From: Myxococcota bacterium
Lineage (GTDB): Bacteria > Myxococcota_A > Polyangia > Nannocystales > Nannocystaceae
Direction of reading: 5' to 3'
Length of the DNA: 64,000 bases
Assembly: GCA_039194325.1 (NCBI GenBank)
Contig: JBCCWC010000009.1
Span: forward strand, 1-64,000
In this document: positions 1 through 10,672 of the stretch, one piece after another
Layout of the letters: each line of letters begins with the position of its first letter
How positions within the stretch are numbered: the stretch's first letter is position 1
The notes under the pieces: generated by a model
Database searches by the model: none
Seen by the model: only the letters and a program-made list of their open reading frames with translations
What the model was told of the DNA's origin: nothing
Made by a program: the position numbers and the translations under genes

Positions 1-143
1 GCTGTTGCTCGACCTTCTGCGACATCACCCAGCCCAACACCTGCCCGGGCGCGGCCATGGGCGAGATCTGCGAGCCCTGGTTCGTCCCCGACGAGGCTCC
101 CGCTGGCCTGGAGAACATAGGGATCTGTGCCCTGCCAAGCTGA
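1..143 (+). CDS. 3' end of a Cys-rich, probably secreted protein (truncated by window start)
   Basis: Frame starting at nt 3 reads CCSTFCDITQPNTCPGAAMGEICEPWFVPDEAPAGLENIGICALPS, with TGA at 141-143; GC-rich third positions. Not in the supplied ORF track. Confidence 0.7.
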   Translation, partial: CCSTFCDITQPNTCPGAAMGEICEPWFVPDEAPAGLENIGICALPS

Positions 144-215
144 TCGCGCCGCAACCATGCCGGCTCGTCACGACCCGTTCCCAAACGTGGGGATCTGCGC
201 CCGTCCGAACTGACG

Positions 216-1700
216 ATGATGCTACGACGACACTGGCTGGCGGGCGCGGCCGCAGCGACCACCCTGGGCGTGCTGAGCAGATCGCGACCAGCCGAAGCGC
301 AGTGGGGCGCGTGGCCCTCGTCCCTGGCGAGCCTGCGCCTGCCGGCGGCCCGACGCGCGCACCGGATCCTCGAGGTGTTCTTTTATGGCGGCCTTTGCCC
401 GTGGGACACGTTCTACTGCGTACCGCAGTGGGGCGCGGGTGAAAGCCGCTTCCTTCACGCCTTGGACGTCGCCGGCGCGTTCGAGGCTTGCGGAGGCAGC
501 GGCTACCTGGCCCGTCCCTTCGCCGAGGACGCGGCGGGCACCCTGGTGCACCTGGGGCCGTGGACTCACCCGCTGTGGTCGCGACCCGATCTGTTGGCCC
601 GCATGCGGGTCGTCGTGACCCGTCACGACCAGTTGCCCCACGAGACCGCGATCCCGCTGGCGCTCACCGGGGCCCGGCTGGGCAGCCCCCAGTTGGCGGG
701 CACGGGAAGCGCGGTCCAGCGGCACTTCGCCGCGGCGGCCGAGCGAGCGGCGCCCTATGCCTACGTGATCCACCCCGGCGCGGAGTGGAGCGGCCAGAAC
801 CTCAGCGCCAGCACGGCCACCGGGCGGCACCCGGCGCAGGCCCGGCCGTGGGATCTGGCGATCGACGACGGGGCTCGGCTCGCCGAGTTGCTGGCCCGCC
901 CGACCACCGCGGGTCGTCGTGAGGCCCACGACGCGCTGCTTCGGCTCTACACCGAGCGCTACACCGAGCGACTGCGGGGGCAACAGACCGGCACCCTGGC
1001 CCGCTCACCCGCGCTCGACACCTGGCGGTCCATGCTGGCCGCCCAGCGGCACAGCCCGGCGATGGCCTCGATGGTCGGCCCCGAGCTGTTCGCGTTGCCC
1101 CTGGCCCGCGAGTGCGGACACTCGCGGATCTCGGTGCCCCAGACCACCGCCCGATTGGCCACGCACCTGTTGAGAGCCGAGCAGGACGCCCGCTATGTCC
1201 TGTGGGTCGACAGCGGGCTTTCTCCCAGCCCCGACGGCGGGCACGACAGCCACCGCGAGCACCTCGCGCACGCCTCGGTGAATTACGTGCACACGCTGCG
1301 CACGCTCGCCGAGCGGATCAACGCGCCGGGCGAGCATGCGCCAGACAAGCTCGATCTCGACGACACGCTCGTGGTGATCACCACCGAGTTCGGGCGGGCG
1401 CCCCACCGGCAAGACGAGGACGGAGGTCTCAACCACTGGCCCCAGGGCTATGTGAGCGTGCTGATGGGTGGGCCCGTCGACGAAGGGGGCGCGGGGATCT
1501 TCGGATCGATCGACTCACAGACCGCTCAAGCTCGGTCGTTCATCACCCCGGCCGAGCTGCGGGCGGGCTTACTCGACGCCCTGGGGATCTATCCCTTCGA
1601 CGCCGCGGCCTTTGGCCTGGGCGACTTGCAGGGCGGGCCCGCCGACGACGCCACCGCGATCGCCGGGCTTCGCCGCGCTGTCTTGGGAGTGGAGGCATGA
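216..1700 (+). CDS. DUF1501-family protein with Tat-like signal
   Basis: N-terminal LRRHWLAGAAAA signal; EVFFYGG, GGHDSH, DTLVVITTEFGR and NHWPQG motifs typical of DUF1501; ATGA overlap with next gene. Confidence 0.8.
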   Translation: MMLRRHWLAGAAAATTLGVLSRSRPAEAQWGAWPSSLASLRLPAARRAHRILEVFFYGGLCPWDTFYCVPQWGAGESRFLHALDVAGAFEACGGSGYLARPFAEDAAGTLVHLGPWTHPLWSRPDLLARMRVVVTRHDQLPHETAIPLALTGARLGSPQLAGTGSAVQRHFAAAAERAAPYAYVIHPGAEWSGQNLSASTATGRHPAQARPWDLAIDDGARLAELLARPTTAGRREAHDALLRLYTERYTERLRGQQTGTLARSPALDTWRSMLAAQRHSPAMASMVGPELFALPLARECGHSRISVPQTTARLATHLLRAEQDARYVLWVDSGLSPSPDGGHDSHREHLAHASVNYVHTLRTLAERINAPGEHAPDKLDLDDTLVVITTEFGRAPHRQDEDGGLNHWPQGYVSVLMGGPVDEGGAGIFGSIDSQTAQARSFITPAELRAGLLDALGIYPFDAAAFGLGDLQGGPADDATAIAGLRRAVLGVEA

Positions 1701-3655
1701 GGGCTCTGGCCCTGGCTTTGGCTCTGGTCTCGGGCGGCGGGTGTGCCGACGACGATCTGCACCCAGCGCCCTGGCCCGACGACCCACCGCTCGACACCCC
1801 GGTCGCCGCCTCCGCGCTGACCTGCCGGGCCGATGCCCGAAGCTTCGTGCAGCGCGCCATGCCGCTATTGCACGGCCGCCGCCCGCTGGGCTCGGCCGAG
1901 GTCCGCCTACTCGCGGCGATGGTCGACGATCTGGAGGCCCGCGGTCGCGACGGGCGGCGGCAGATCGCCCGGGGCTTGGCCGAGGGCGAGGACTACCGCC
2001 GCCGCTGGGGCTCGGAGCTGCTCGATCTGCTGCGAACCCGGCGGGCCGGACATCGCGTGCTGACCCGCTGCTACGGGCAGGCCGGCCCCGCCGCGAAGAG
2101 CGAGGCCCTGGCCCACTTCGTGCGCGACCACCCGCCCACCGAGCCCTTTGCGGGCGGCTCATGGACCATGCGCGATCTGGTGGAGAGTAGCCTGCGGGCC
2201 GACGATCTGCGCCCGATCCTGCGCGCCGATCTGCTCGTTCGCATGACCGCGCCGATCGACGACGACAACACCGCCCCCGACGACCTGGAGCGCTCGCGTC
2301 GCATCAACTTCGGGCGCTCGTTCGAGGCGGCCTACCTCGGTCGGCGCTTCGAATGCCTGGGTTGCCACCGTGATGATGCCTCGGTCACCGACCATGACGA
2401 CCCCGCCCTCGATCGATTCTGGCCGGCAGCGACCGGGATAGAGCGAGCCGTGTATCCGGCCGACGAGGAATCGATGCACGCGGTCTTTCGTTGGGAAGGC
2501 TTTGCCGACGGCGAGCTCGCCCCGTGGGGCTCAGAGGGCTGCGGGACGTTCTCGCTGGATCGCGCCACCGATCCCCTGCCCACCACGGCGGCCTTGGGGG
2601 GACCCCTTCCGCCGGGCGCCACTGCGCTCGATCTACAGGCGCGACTCGATGAAGGCCTCGAACAACTGGCCGCCGAGGGTTGGTCGCCCCGCCCCCCCGA
2701 CGGGGCCCGAGCCCTGGCACAGCTGGTCGTGCTGCACTTGGTCGACGGCGTGTGGGCCAGCGCCGTGGGCCATCGCCTCACCCTCGACCACGGGACCCCG
2801 CGCAACGCGGCCCAGTCCGAGCGCCTGCGGACGCTGGCGATCACCCTGGTGCGCTCGCACTACTCCCTGCGCGCGCTGCTGGTGGAGATCGCCACCGACC
2901 CCTACGTCGACCAGGCCGTGCCGGCCCACTGCGAATTGGACGGCCCCGAGCCCCTCCCCGCGGTGTTCGATCCCTTCGCCACCCTGCAGATCGGCCCCGG
3001 CACCAACGGGGTGGGGCACGCAGTGCATCGGCACGATCCCTTCGCCCTACTCGACCACGCGCACCGCCTGCTGGGGCGCGCCTTGCCGGGTCTGCTGCTG
3101 GGGCAAGACGGGTTCGACCCCGTGACCGCCGGTGCCCTGGGGGCCTATCTTCGCGAGTCCGAGCCCGGTCACGAAGGGCTCGATCTGTTCGGCCTGCTCC
3201 GCTGGGAGGAGCACCTGGCGGCCTTGCCCGACGCCGCTCCGGCTGCACCCGACGCCATGGCGCTCACCCTCGACGACCTGGTGACCGCGGCGGGCGAGGA
3301 TCCGTCCCTCTCGGTGGGGGATCTGATGATCGCGATCAAGGATCGGATCCTCGCCGATCCTACGATCGATGCCGACGAACGCGCCTTGATCCAGGCGTTG
3401 ATCGAGCACCCCTGGGATCGCCCTGCGCACGAGCTGGCTGCGGGCCCGCGACGAGCGGCCGCCCTCGCCTACGCCCGGCTGCTCATGGCGACCCCGCAGT
3501 TCTTGCTCGCGGGCCTGGAGCAGGCCTCCGCAGGCGCACCACCCCGCCTGCGGCTGCCCCCTCTCGACCCTGCCACCCTATGCGAGACCTGGGGCCCACG
3601 ATTGCTACCAGACGAGCCATGGATCTGTAGCGACCGCGGCCTGGTCTTGCCCTGA
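1697..3655 (+). CDS. Lipoprotein with single CxxCH (DUF1549/DUF1553-like partner of DUF1501)
   Basis: GGAGG RBS then ATG at 1697; lipobox-like VSGGGC; YLGRRFECLGCH heme-c motif; HYSLRALLVEI segment. Confidence 0.65.
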   Translation: MRALALALALVSGGGCADDDLHPAPWPDDPPLDTPVAASALTCRADARSFVQRAMPLLHGRRPLGSAEVRLLAAMVDDLEARGRDGRRQIARGLAEGEDYRRRWGSELLDLLRTRRAGHRVLTRCYGQAGPAAKSEALAHFVRDHPPTEPFAGGSWTMRDLVESSLRADDLRPILRADLLVRMTAPIDDDNTAPDDLERSRRINFGRSFEAAYLGRRFECLGCHRDDASVTDHDDPALDRFWPAATGIERAVYPADEESMHAVFRWEGFADGELAPWGSEGCGTFSLDRATDPLPTTAALGGPLPPGATALDLQARLDEGLEQLAAEGWSPRPPDGARALAQLVVLHLVDGVWASAVGHRLTLDHGTPRNAAQSERLRTLAITLVRSHYSLRALLVEIATDPYVDQAVPAHCELDGPEPLPAVFDPFATLQIGPGTNGVGHAVHRHDPFALLDHAHRLLGRALPGLLLGQDGFDPVTAGALGAYLRESEPGHEGLDLFGLLRWEEHLAALPDAAPAAPDAMALTLDDLVTAAGEDPSLSVGDLMIAIKDRILADPTIDADERALIQALIEHPWDRPAHELAAGPRRAAALAYARLLMATPQFLLAGLEQASAGAPPRLRLPPLDPATLCETWGPRLLPDEPWICSDRGLVLP

Positions 3656-3732
3656 AGCGCCGTCGGCTTGTCAGGCGGCTATTGGAACCGAACAAGCCCG
3701 GCCCCGATAGCCGATACATCGTCGATGCTCAG

Positions 3733-3755
3733 GCCGCCGCCGCCGCCGCCGCCGC
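3733..3755. repeat. (GCC)7 microsatellite directly after a stop codon
   Basis: Seen in sequence; abuts the stop at 3756-3758 of the minus-strand gene. Confidence 0.85.
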
Positions 3756-4916
3756 TCACGGGGTGATGTCGGACCACGCCGGATCGTCGTCGAGCATCGC
3801 GAGGACCCAGCTCCACGCGCTCGTGCCTCCGGCCAAGGTGTCATGCATCTCGGTCGCCATGGTGTGCCCACTGCCGCTCTTGTAGAAGACGCGAGCATTG
3901 GACGTTGGCACGAAGCTCTCGACCCGCATCGTCTCCAAGCCCAAGGCCATGGTCGAACCATCGATACCGTGATAGTCGGAGATCACCCCGTCTTCGGTAT
4001 AGCTGAGCAGAGCAAAGCGCGCCTGCGGATGGGCGTCGAAGTGGGTGGTGAGATAGGCGGACAGATCCGTCTCGCAGCCCTGACATCCCGCGGGCGCCGT
4101 GGCGGTCAGGCCCCACGCCGTGATCCACGTGGTCATGAGCTCCGCCGGAGCATGGGGCAGCGGCAGCGGAGGGCCACCATCGTTGATCATGTCGACACGG
4201 GCATTCGAGAAGGTGTCGGCGACCAGCCCGTAGTTGAACGAGGCGCCGTAGCCCCCTGCGCTGCTCCCAGTTAAGACGACGCGCTCGGTCCCGGACTCGG
4301 TCTCGGTCCCGGACTCGGTCTCGGTCCCGGACTCGGTCTCGGTCTCGGTCTCAGGCTCAGCCCCGGACTCGGACCCGGACCCAACAAGGTTCGGCGCGAT
4401 CTGGTCGAGCATCGCCTGGACGTTCGCTCGCCCGACGTGACGCGTCGTACGCCCGTCGTAGTCGGCCACCACCGTGCCTGCATGCAGATCACCGGTGCAG
4501 TAGGGCACGAAGACAAACGTCCAGTCGCGCGCCGGATTGTCGGAGGCGTCACGGTCGAACAACTCGAACCCATCCAGTTCCGAGCTCATGTCCCCGAAGT
4601 CTGCGACACTGAACCCTTCGGCGATGAAGCTCGCGCGCTCCTGCTCGTAGCAAGACTGATGGTCCCAGCAAGCACCGCCGCCCGCCATGTAGATCACGAG
4701 GTTGTTGGAGGTACCGCGGCTCAGACCAATACCCGTGGGCTGGCCGTCGGCGCACTCCATCCCCTCGATCGGAAACCACGCCCATTCGCGCTCGGGGGCT
4801 TGGTCGAAGGACGTGATGGTGGCGGGCTCTTGATCGCCACAGCAGACGGTGGCAATCGCAATACCTCCGAGCAGCAAAGCGGTCAGGCCGATGGACGCGA
4901 GCCGTCGGACGGTCAT
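3756..4916 (-). CDS. Pectin acetylesterase-family (alpha/beta hydrolase) secreted protein or lipoprotein
   Basis: CADG, VIYMAGGGACWD, FVPYCTGDLHAG and nucleophile motif LTGSSAGG; hydrophobic N-terminus. Start could also be 4955. Confidence 0.85.
   Translation of the reverse strand: MTVRRLASIGLTALLLGGIAIATVCCGDQEPATITSFDQAPEREWAWFPIEGMECADGQPTGIGLSRGTSNNLVIYMAGGGACWDHQSCYEQERASFIAEGFSVADFGDMSSELDGFELFDRDASDNPARDWTFVFVPYCTGDLHAGTVVADYDGRTTRHVGRANVQAMLDQIAPNLVGSGSESGAEPETETETESGTETESGTETESGTERVVLTGSSAGGYGASFNYGLVADTFSNARVDMINDGGPPLPLPHAPAELMTTWITAWGLTATAPAGCQGCETDLSAYLTTHFDAHPQARFALLSYTEDGVISDYHGIDGSTMALGLETMRVESFVPTSNARVFYKSGSGHTMATEMHDTLAGGTSAWSWVLAMLDDDPAWSDITP
4284..4337. repeat. In-frame 18-bp tandem repeat x3 encoding (TESGTE)n
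   Basis: CTCGGTCCCGGACTCGGT at 4284, 4302 and 4320. Confidence 0.9.
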
Positions 4917-5334
4917 GTAGTGGGGCAGCACGTTGGCGGAGATCGGATCGTACATGGGGGGCTTGTCTTCCGATTTGGTTGAGGTTCTTGGCGTAAGGAA
5001 AATCGCCAAAGTATCGTGCCCCTCCCCCTAGCGAAGACCGATCCGGCGGAGGCACAGCGCTCCGAAATCAATATTTTCAGATACTTGCGAGTTCGAAGGT
5101 CCTCCTCCACCCCCTGGCCGCAGCACTGTGCAACGTGGCGCGGCACAACGCTCGCGGCAGCGCTGCCTCGCCGCGGGCCGGGACCGAGGGTACTCCGATC
5201 CGAGGATCGCGTCGACGACCCTCGACCAGGGCATCCACGCGGCGTACGTGTCGAGCCAGGAAGCGATCGAAGCAAGCCACCAACCACAAACATGCCAATT
5301 TGGGTCCGCCCGTCTTGCTTAGTGGAGACTACGC

Positions 5335-6174
5335 TCAACCATCGATCTCCACCCCTTCTCGAACGAACGGCGGCATGCACTCTACCGACGACAGACCGCG
5401 GTAGTTCACCTCGACCCGCCCCTGATGGATCTCCACCTCGACGGTGGAGAACTCAGCCTCCACACCCCAGCGACGATGCAAGACCGGCATGAAGATCGAC
5501 GCATCCCGCTCGGACAGCGTGATCGTGCCCGCCGATGGAGGAATAACCCCCGGTTCGAGCGTGATGCAGCCGCTCAGCTCCGCGAGACCCGACAGCGGGA
5601 TCCCAACACCGAATATGGCCAACAGGTGCACCCAGTCGACTTCGCTCAGGCGGCCCGGCCGCTCGGCAAGCCCGTGGGCCTCGATGAACGAGGCTAGCCG
5701 ATTCGGGCGCATCGGATGACCACAGTGCACGTCACGGTCGGTCACATAGCAACCGACGCTACGAACCTCGATGGTGCACAAACTCGTGCTGGGGATCGCG
5801 CGGTAGTAGTGCGCGCCCGGGAGCTCCACCGGTGGCTCGACGAGTTGGACGGACCCAGGCCACCCGACCTCCTCGAAGATCCGCTCGGCGGTGGGACCTC
5901 GGTGGAGCGGAACATCGAGGACGGGCCGCGGCTCCAACGGGCAGTGACGGCGGGCCTCGGCCGACTCGAGCGACGCACGAGTCCTGAGGTTCCGAGCCGC
6001 CAGCGCCGCATTGGCCTCCTCGGTCACGATGGGCGGGCGCGCGGGGAACGGCTCGTCGGGCTCGGCGGGCAGGTCCAGAGCCACGGGCTCGGTGACGCAG
6101 CCGCCGAGCCAGACCACGAGCCAGACCACGAGCCCGGCGCCCCCTCGCCTCAATGAACCTGTTGCGGGTTCCAT
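5335..6174 (-). CDS. Hypothetical lipoprotein
   Basis: ATG 6174, hydrophobic stretch then WLGGC lipobox; overlaps the 3' end of the upstream gene. Confidence 0.6.
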   Translation of the reverse strand: MEPATGSLRRGGAGLVVWLVVWLGGCVTEPVALDLPAEPDEPFPARPPIVTEEANAALAARNLRTRASLESAEARRHCPLEPRPVLDVPLHRGPTAERIFEEVGWPGSVQLVEPPVELPGAHYYRAIPSTSLCTIEVRSVGCYVTDRDVHCGHPMRPNRLASFIEAHGLAERPGRLSEVDWVHLLAIFGVGIPLSGLAELSGCITLEPGVIPPSAGTITLSERDASIFMPVLHRRWGVEAEFSTVEVEIHQGRVEVNYRGLSSVECMPPFVREGVEIDG

Positions 6175-6944
6175 GACCACAGCTCCGTATGACGTACCTC
6201 GTTTGGCCCGACGCGTACCCGCACCAGGCGAGCGAGGTCGGTTCGAGGGTTGACCTGCTCGACGAACTCCAGGTGCCACGACTCCCCGTTCTGAACCCAA
6301 GCCGGCGCAGCGATCGACGCGACGACCGAGGCGGGCGCCGGAGTACAGCGCTCCGCCTGAGCGGAGCTCTCGTAGAGCTGAACCGCGTGGTCGAGCATCG
6401 CGAACACCCGGGCGGTGTCCACGGCAGGGCGACCTTCATCAACCCGAGCGACGACTAGCCGCCGGTAGCCGACCTGGCGATCGCAGACCACCGCGCCGAG
6501 CAGGGGATCGACCTGGACATAGCACCAGCGCAGTCGCCCCCCGGCGTTGGCCACGTAGAACGCATGGCCCGGCGCCGGCCCCGGAGACTCGGCGCGCTGG
6601 ATCCACCGGAGCCGGGGACGAGCGAGATCCCACGTGGCCATGGCATGAGCGATCGAATCGAAGATCTCCCCCTCGTGGATCCGTGCCCCCTGGGCCACCG
6701 GGTCGAGCCACTGGCACCCTTGATCGGTCGACGAGCGAGGCGCCGGCAGCAGGGGTCGCGCATCCAGAGCACTCCCCTCGTCGACAGAGATCACGCCCCG
6801 TTCGTCGAGCTCATCGAGATCGTCCATCTCGTCCCCCCGGTCCATCCCACCCCGCCCGTCGCCGATCGACGGTGAGGCCGTGCAGGCGACCAGCAGCACG
6901 CCCAGAGCGGATGACGCGACCACCCGGTGCTTCACCCCATCCAT
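6150..6944 (-). CDS. Hypothetical lipoprotein
   Basis: LGVLLVAC lipobox, acidic linker, Cys-containing globular domain. Confidence 0.65.
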   Translation of the reverse strand: MDGVKHRVVASSALGVLLVACTASPSIGDGRGGMDRGDEMDDLDELDERGVISVDEGSALDARPLLPAPRSSTDQGCQWLDPVAQGARIHEGEIFDSIAHAMATWDLARPRLRWIQRAESPGPAPGHAFYVANAGGRLRWCYVQVDPLLGAVVCDRQVGYRRLVVARVDEGRPAVDTARVFAMLDHAVQLYESSAQAERCTPAPASVVASIAAPAWVQNGESWHLEFVEQVNPRTDLARLVRVRVGPNEVRHTELWSWNPQQVH

Positions 6945-7142
6945 GACGTCGACTCAGGATGAGTGTTCCCCCCCGACCCAAAAAACGACACGCGCTCGGA
7001 TCGCCCGTTCGACCCAGCGGCGCCTCTGCCCTCACGCGTGAACAGGATCACACCTCCGGTCGACTCGATCGCCGAGCCATCCCACCCCCGAACACCGTGA
7101 GTTGACGCCCCGATAGGGCGCTGTTAGCGTGCGTCGCCTTTG

Positions 7143-9155
7143 ATGAGCGGCACCTCGCACCCCCGTGGCCGTCGTACCGCCTGGTCACGCGCCTTGCCCC
7201 TGGGCGTGCTGCTGGGCGCCAGTCTGCTAGCCACCACGGCCACCGCCCAACCGGGCCTGGGTGGTCCTGGAGCAGGCGGCGCTCCCGGCGCGCCGCCCGG
7301 CGGACCGGGCCAGCGCCAGGAAAAGAAGGAAGGCCCCGCCGAGGAGGCCCCCAAGGACAAGCAGGCCCTGCGCCCGATCGAAGCGGTGCCCGCCCAGCCC
7401 GCCCGCCGTCGCCGGGTGCAGCTGTTCGAACTCCACGGCTACATGCGCATGCGCGGCGACTACTTCCATCGCCTCAACCTGGGCCTGTCCGACCTCGACA
7501 CCAACGCCGAGCCTCTGCCCAACAAGTACTTCCGGCCCCCGGTCGAGAGCGGAGAGTACCGCGAGGAAGCGGGCCGCACGGTGTTCGTCAACAACGACGC
7601 CGACTGCTTCACCCGCCTGACCGACAACGGCGTCTCGCTCACCCGCGCCAACACCCGCTGCCGCCGCCGCAACGGCCTACCCAGCGCCAACCTTCGGCTA
7701 CGGCTCGAGCCCATCCTCCACATCACCGACACGATCAGCGTGCACAGCCAGGTGGATCTGCTCGACAACGTGGTCCTGGGCAGCACGCCGGATACCTACC
7801 GCTTCGACAACCCCAACGCCGCGATCGATCTGTTCACCCGCGGCCAGGTGCCGCCCCAGGCGGGCATCAACGATCTGGACGACAGCATCGTGGTCAAGCG
7901 AGCGTGGGGCCACATGCGCTTTGGCTTCGGCCTCGACGTGCAGTTCGGGCGCATGCCCTGGAGCTGGGGCATGGGCATGGTGGCCAACCACGGCAACGGC
8001 TATGCCCGGGGCGAAGAGGCCGACATCATCCGGCACCTCGATCGCGACTACGGCGACTCGGTCGACTCGGTGCGCCTGGCCTTCGACCTGGGCAAGGACC
8101 GCCGCCGCACCCACACCCTGGCCGTTTCATGGGACTGGGCGGCCAGCGGGCCCACCACCGCGCAGGTGCTCGGCCCCGAGTACGGCAACGCACGCCTGGT
8201 GGGTCAGACGATCTCGGCGGAGAAGTTCGACAACGTCTACCAGTGGAGCCTCTCGGTCGAGCGCCGCGACAGCCAAGACATGCTGCGCCGCAAGCTCTCG
8301 CTGGGCTCGCCGGTGGTCAACTACGGCTTGATGACCTGGCTGCGCTACCAAGACGTCGACCAGGTGGAGGGCTCGCGAGAGGCGGCCGCCTTGGGGCTGC
8401 TGCCCGACTCGCCCTACAACGAGCTGCTGGTCGCCCGGCGAGCCTTTGTGGCCACCCCCGACCTGTGGATGCGAGTCAACTGGCGAACCCTGCGGGTCGA
8501 GCTGGAGGCCGCGGGCAACTTCGGCACCTTCAGCGCCCTCAACGACGGGATCACCGAAGACGACATGGACAGCTCCGGCTTCTTCGAGTCGGTGACCTCC
8601 GAGGACCTCGAGCGCAAGGTGCTGGCCAACTTCGGCTACGCCCTCGAGTTCAAGTATGGCTTCTTCAAGGATCGCTTCCACATCGGCTTCGACCAGGGCT
8701 TCGCCACCGGCGACGTGACCGTCTCGCCCTACGCCCCCGACGTGGGCACCGCGGTGGGCCTGCGCGACGACAACAACCTGGTGAGCAACTTCCGCTTCAA
8801 CCCGGCGTACAACGTCGACATGCTGCTGTTCCGCGAGATCCTGGGCACGGTCTCCAACGCGGCATACTTCAAGCCCTGGGCCGCGTTCTACTTCTTCGAC
8901 CACTTCAGCGCGCGGGTCGACGTGGAGTACGCGATGGCGGCCAACCGCCGCAGCACGCTCGGCAACCGCTACAGCTACGGCATCGAGCTCGACGGCGCCG
9001 TGCGCTACCACGACCGACGCGAGCCGATCTTCTTCCAGGCACAGTACGGGGTGGCCTTCCCGCTCGGGGCGTTCAACCGTGTAGCCGACACCGGCCAAGC
9101 CGAGGACGCCCGGGCGGTGCAGAGCGTGCAGGGACAGCTGGGGATCCGGTTCTGA
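7143..9155 (+). CDS. TIGR04551-family myxobacterial outer-membrane beta-barrel protein
   Basis: Signal peptide; FELHGYMRMRGDYF, NLRLRLEP, QVDLLDNVVLGSTPD, GRMPWSWGMG and FRFNPAYNVD motifs; C-terminal aromatic residue (GIRF). Confidence 0.8.
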   Translation: MSGTSHPRGRRTAWSRALPLGVLLGASLLATTATAQPGLGGPGAGGAPGAPPGGPGQRQEKKEGPAEEAPKDKQALRPIEAVPAQPARRRRVQLFELHGYMRMRGDYFHRLNLGLSDLDTNAEPLPNKYFRPPVESGEYREEAGRTVFVNNDADCFTRLTDNGVSLTRANTRCRRRNGLPSANLRLRLEPILHITDTISVHSQVDLLDNVVLGSTPDTYRFDNPNAAIDLFTRGQVPPQAGINDLDDSIVVKRAWGHMRFGFGLDVQFGRMPWSWGMGMVANHGNGYARGEEADIIRHLDRDYGDSVDSVRLAFDLGKDRRRTHTLAVSWDWAASGPTTAQVLGPEYGNARLVGQTISAEKFDNVYQWSLSVERRDSQDMLRRKLSLGSPVVNYGLMTWLRYQDVDQVEGSREAAALGLLPDSPYNELLVARRAFVATPDLWMRVNWRTLRVELEAAGNFGTFSALNDGITEDDMDSSGFFESVTSEDLERKVLANFGYALEFKYGFFKDRFHIGFDQGFATGDVTVSPYAPDVGTAVGLRDDNNLVSNFRFNPAYNVDMLLFREILGTVSNAAYFKPWAAFYFFDHFSARVDVEYAMAANRRSTLGNRYSYGIELDGAVRYHDRREPIFFQAQYGVAFPLGAFNRVADTGQAEDARAVQSVQGQLGIRF

Positions 9156-9282
9156 GCCGGGCACCCACCGGGCGCCCAAACGAAACGCTCCGCCCCGAGG
9201 CGAGGAGGCTTGCGAAACAAGCCCCCCGCCGAGGACAAGGGCTAGCCGCCCGTGATGCTCGAAGAGAGTCGAGCACGCGGCG

Positions 9283-9309
9283 CTTGATCAACTTGATCAA
9301 CTTGATCAA
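9283..9309. repeat. (CTTGATCAA)3, a tandem of palindromic units between convergent genes
   Basis: Seen in sequence; ends 3 bp from the stop at 9313-9315. Confidence 0.9.
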
Positions 9310-9312
9310 GGC

Positions 9313-9885
9313 CTAGAGCGGCGGGATATCGGGGCCGTCGTCGCCCGGACCGGGGAATCCACAGCCTCCGGGAGGGGGAGGGCCACAGATTACGGTCTTA
9401 CCCGTGAGGTTCAAGAGCTTGTTGTTGCCGCCCGCAACGAAGCCCCCACCCGCGTCGAGATCGATGGCGTGAATGTAGACCGTCTCGGGGCAGCCGGTCT
9501 TCAAGGCCGCCGGCGTCGCGATGTTGAACCCGTGGTTCTTGTCGGCAAAGGGCAGGTCTCCCCGGTAGAGGTCTGCCCAGGCATGGGTCACGATCTGCCC
9601 GGCCGGGAAGGGAGCGTCCTTGTAGACGTGAACCTGGGTGGCGGCGGTCGTGTCGCCATCCTTCGCCCAGCCCGCAATCGTCGAGCAGTTGGCCACGTCG
9701 TGGGTGCCGACCGGATCGAAGTAGTCGTTGCCGGCCCGGAACTCGAGGTCTTCGTCGTCGGCCTCGTCGGCCGCCAGATCTTCTTCGTACTCTTCCTCGG
9801 TATCACAACCAGCGACCGCGAAGAAGACCAGCGCGGAACAGAGCGTACCCCGGAGGACTTGAAGCTTTTGGGTATCCATCATCAT
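9313..9885 (-). CDS. Small lipoprotein with acidic linker and beta-rich domain
   Basis: AAGGA RBS; FFAVAGC lipobox; GWAKDGD...VHVY...YRGDL...NHGF core; Pro/Gly tail. Confidence 0.7.
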   Translation of the reverse strand: MMMDTQKLQVLRGTLCSALVFFAVAGCDTEEEYEEDLAADEADDEDLEFRAGNDYFDPVGTHDVANCSTIAGWAKDGDTTAATQVHVYKDAPFPAGQIVTHAWADLYRGDLPFADKNHGFNIATPAALKTGCPETVYIHAIDLDAGGGFVAGGNNKLLNLTGKTVICGPPPPGGCGFPGPGDDGPDIPPL

Positions 9886-10672
9886 TCCTTTGTAATAGCC
9901 ACCTAATGTGGCGACGCTGAGACTTTAGCATTATCTGACGATCAGACCACCGATTAAACAGCAAGCTCTCAATTCAATGCAGCAATTCAACGTAACCCTC
10001 GCACAGCTCATAAATAGACTCTTGCGAAGATAATTACGCAACTTCGACGAAGCCGACAGTTCGACCTCGACGGACCGGCAAAGACTTGAGCCGCATACTC
10101 CGGGGAAGATATCGCTCATCCGAACAAATTGACGAGATCGAGTGCATGCGCCATTTCCATATGGCGCATACACTCGATCTCGCACGCGGTGTTCTTCTGC
10201 CGACTTGCTGATCTGCTAGCCTGCAGATCTTCTGACTGACTGGATCGACGGATCGACGGATCGACGGATCGGCTCCACGCCGGACCCCGAGGATCTACCC
10301 CGCCGCCGCTCGCCCCACGACGACCCATGCTCCCCGGGTCACCGTGAGATCAGGCTATGCTCGACCGCGCTCGCTCGTCGTTTCGACCCCATTCCCCGAA
10401 AAGACACCATTCGAGCTGCTAGCCGTCGCCAGGCAAGTGCCTGACCCGTGTCCCCCGGCTTCTCCCACCTCGAATGCAACGAGGGTCAGCATGCAAGGCC
10501 CGGCTACATCTCGCCAGTGGTCGTTCGACCCTACGCTCCCGCGCCACGGGTCCACCTGCGGTCGAACGACCCTACGCCCTATACCCTATGCCCTACAGTA
10601 ATGTATCGCCCCACAAGCCGCGATCGCGCCACCCCGCCGAGTTTTGCGGACCGATGAGCGCGATTCGAACCG

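Noticed and set aside
1112..1696. N-terminal extension of the 847-aa ORF
   Set aside because: Overlaps the DUF1501 gene; the RBS, ATGA coupling and lipobox place the start at 1697. Similar over-long starts were trimmed for the GH8, ligase, PP2C, CHAT and S8 genes.
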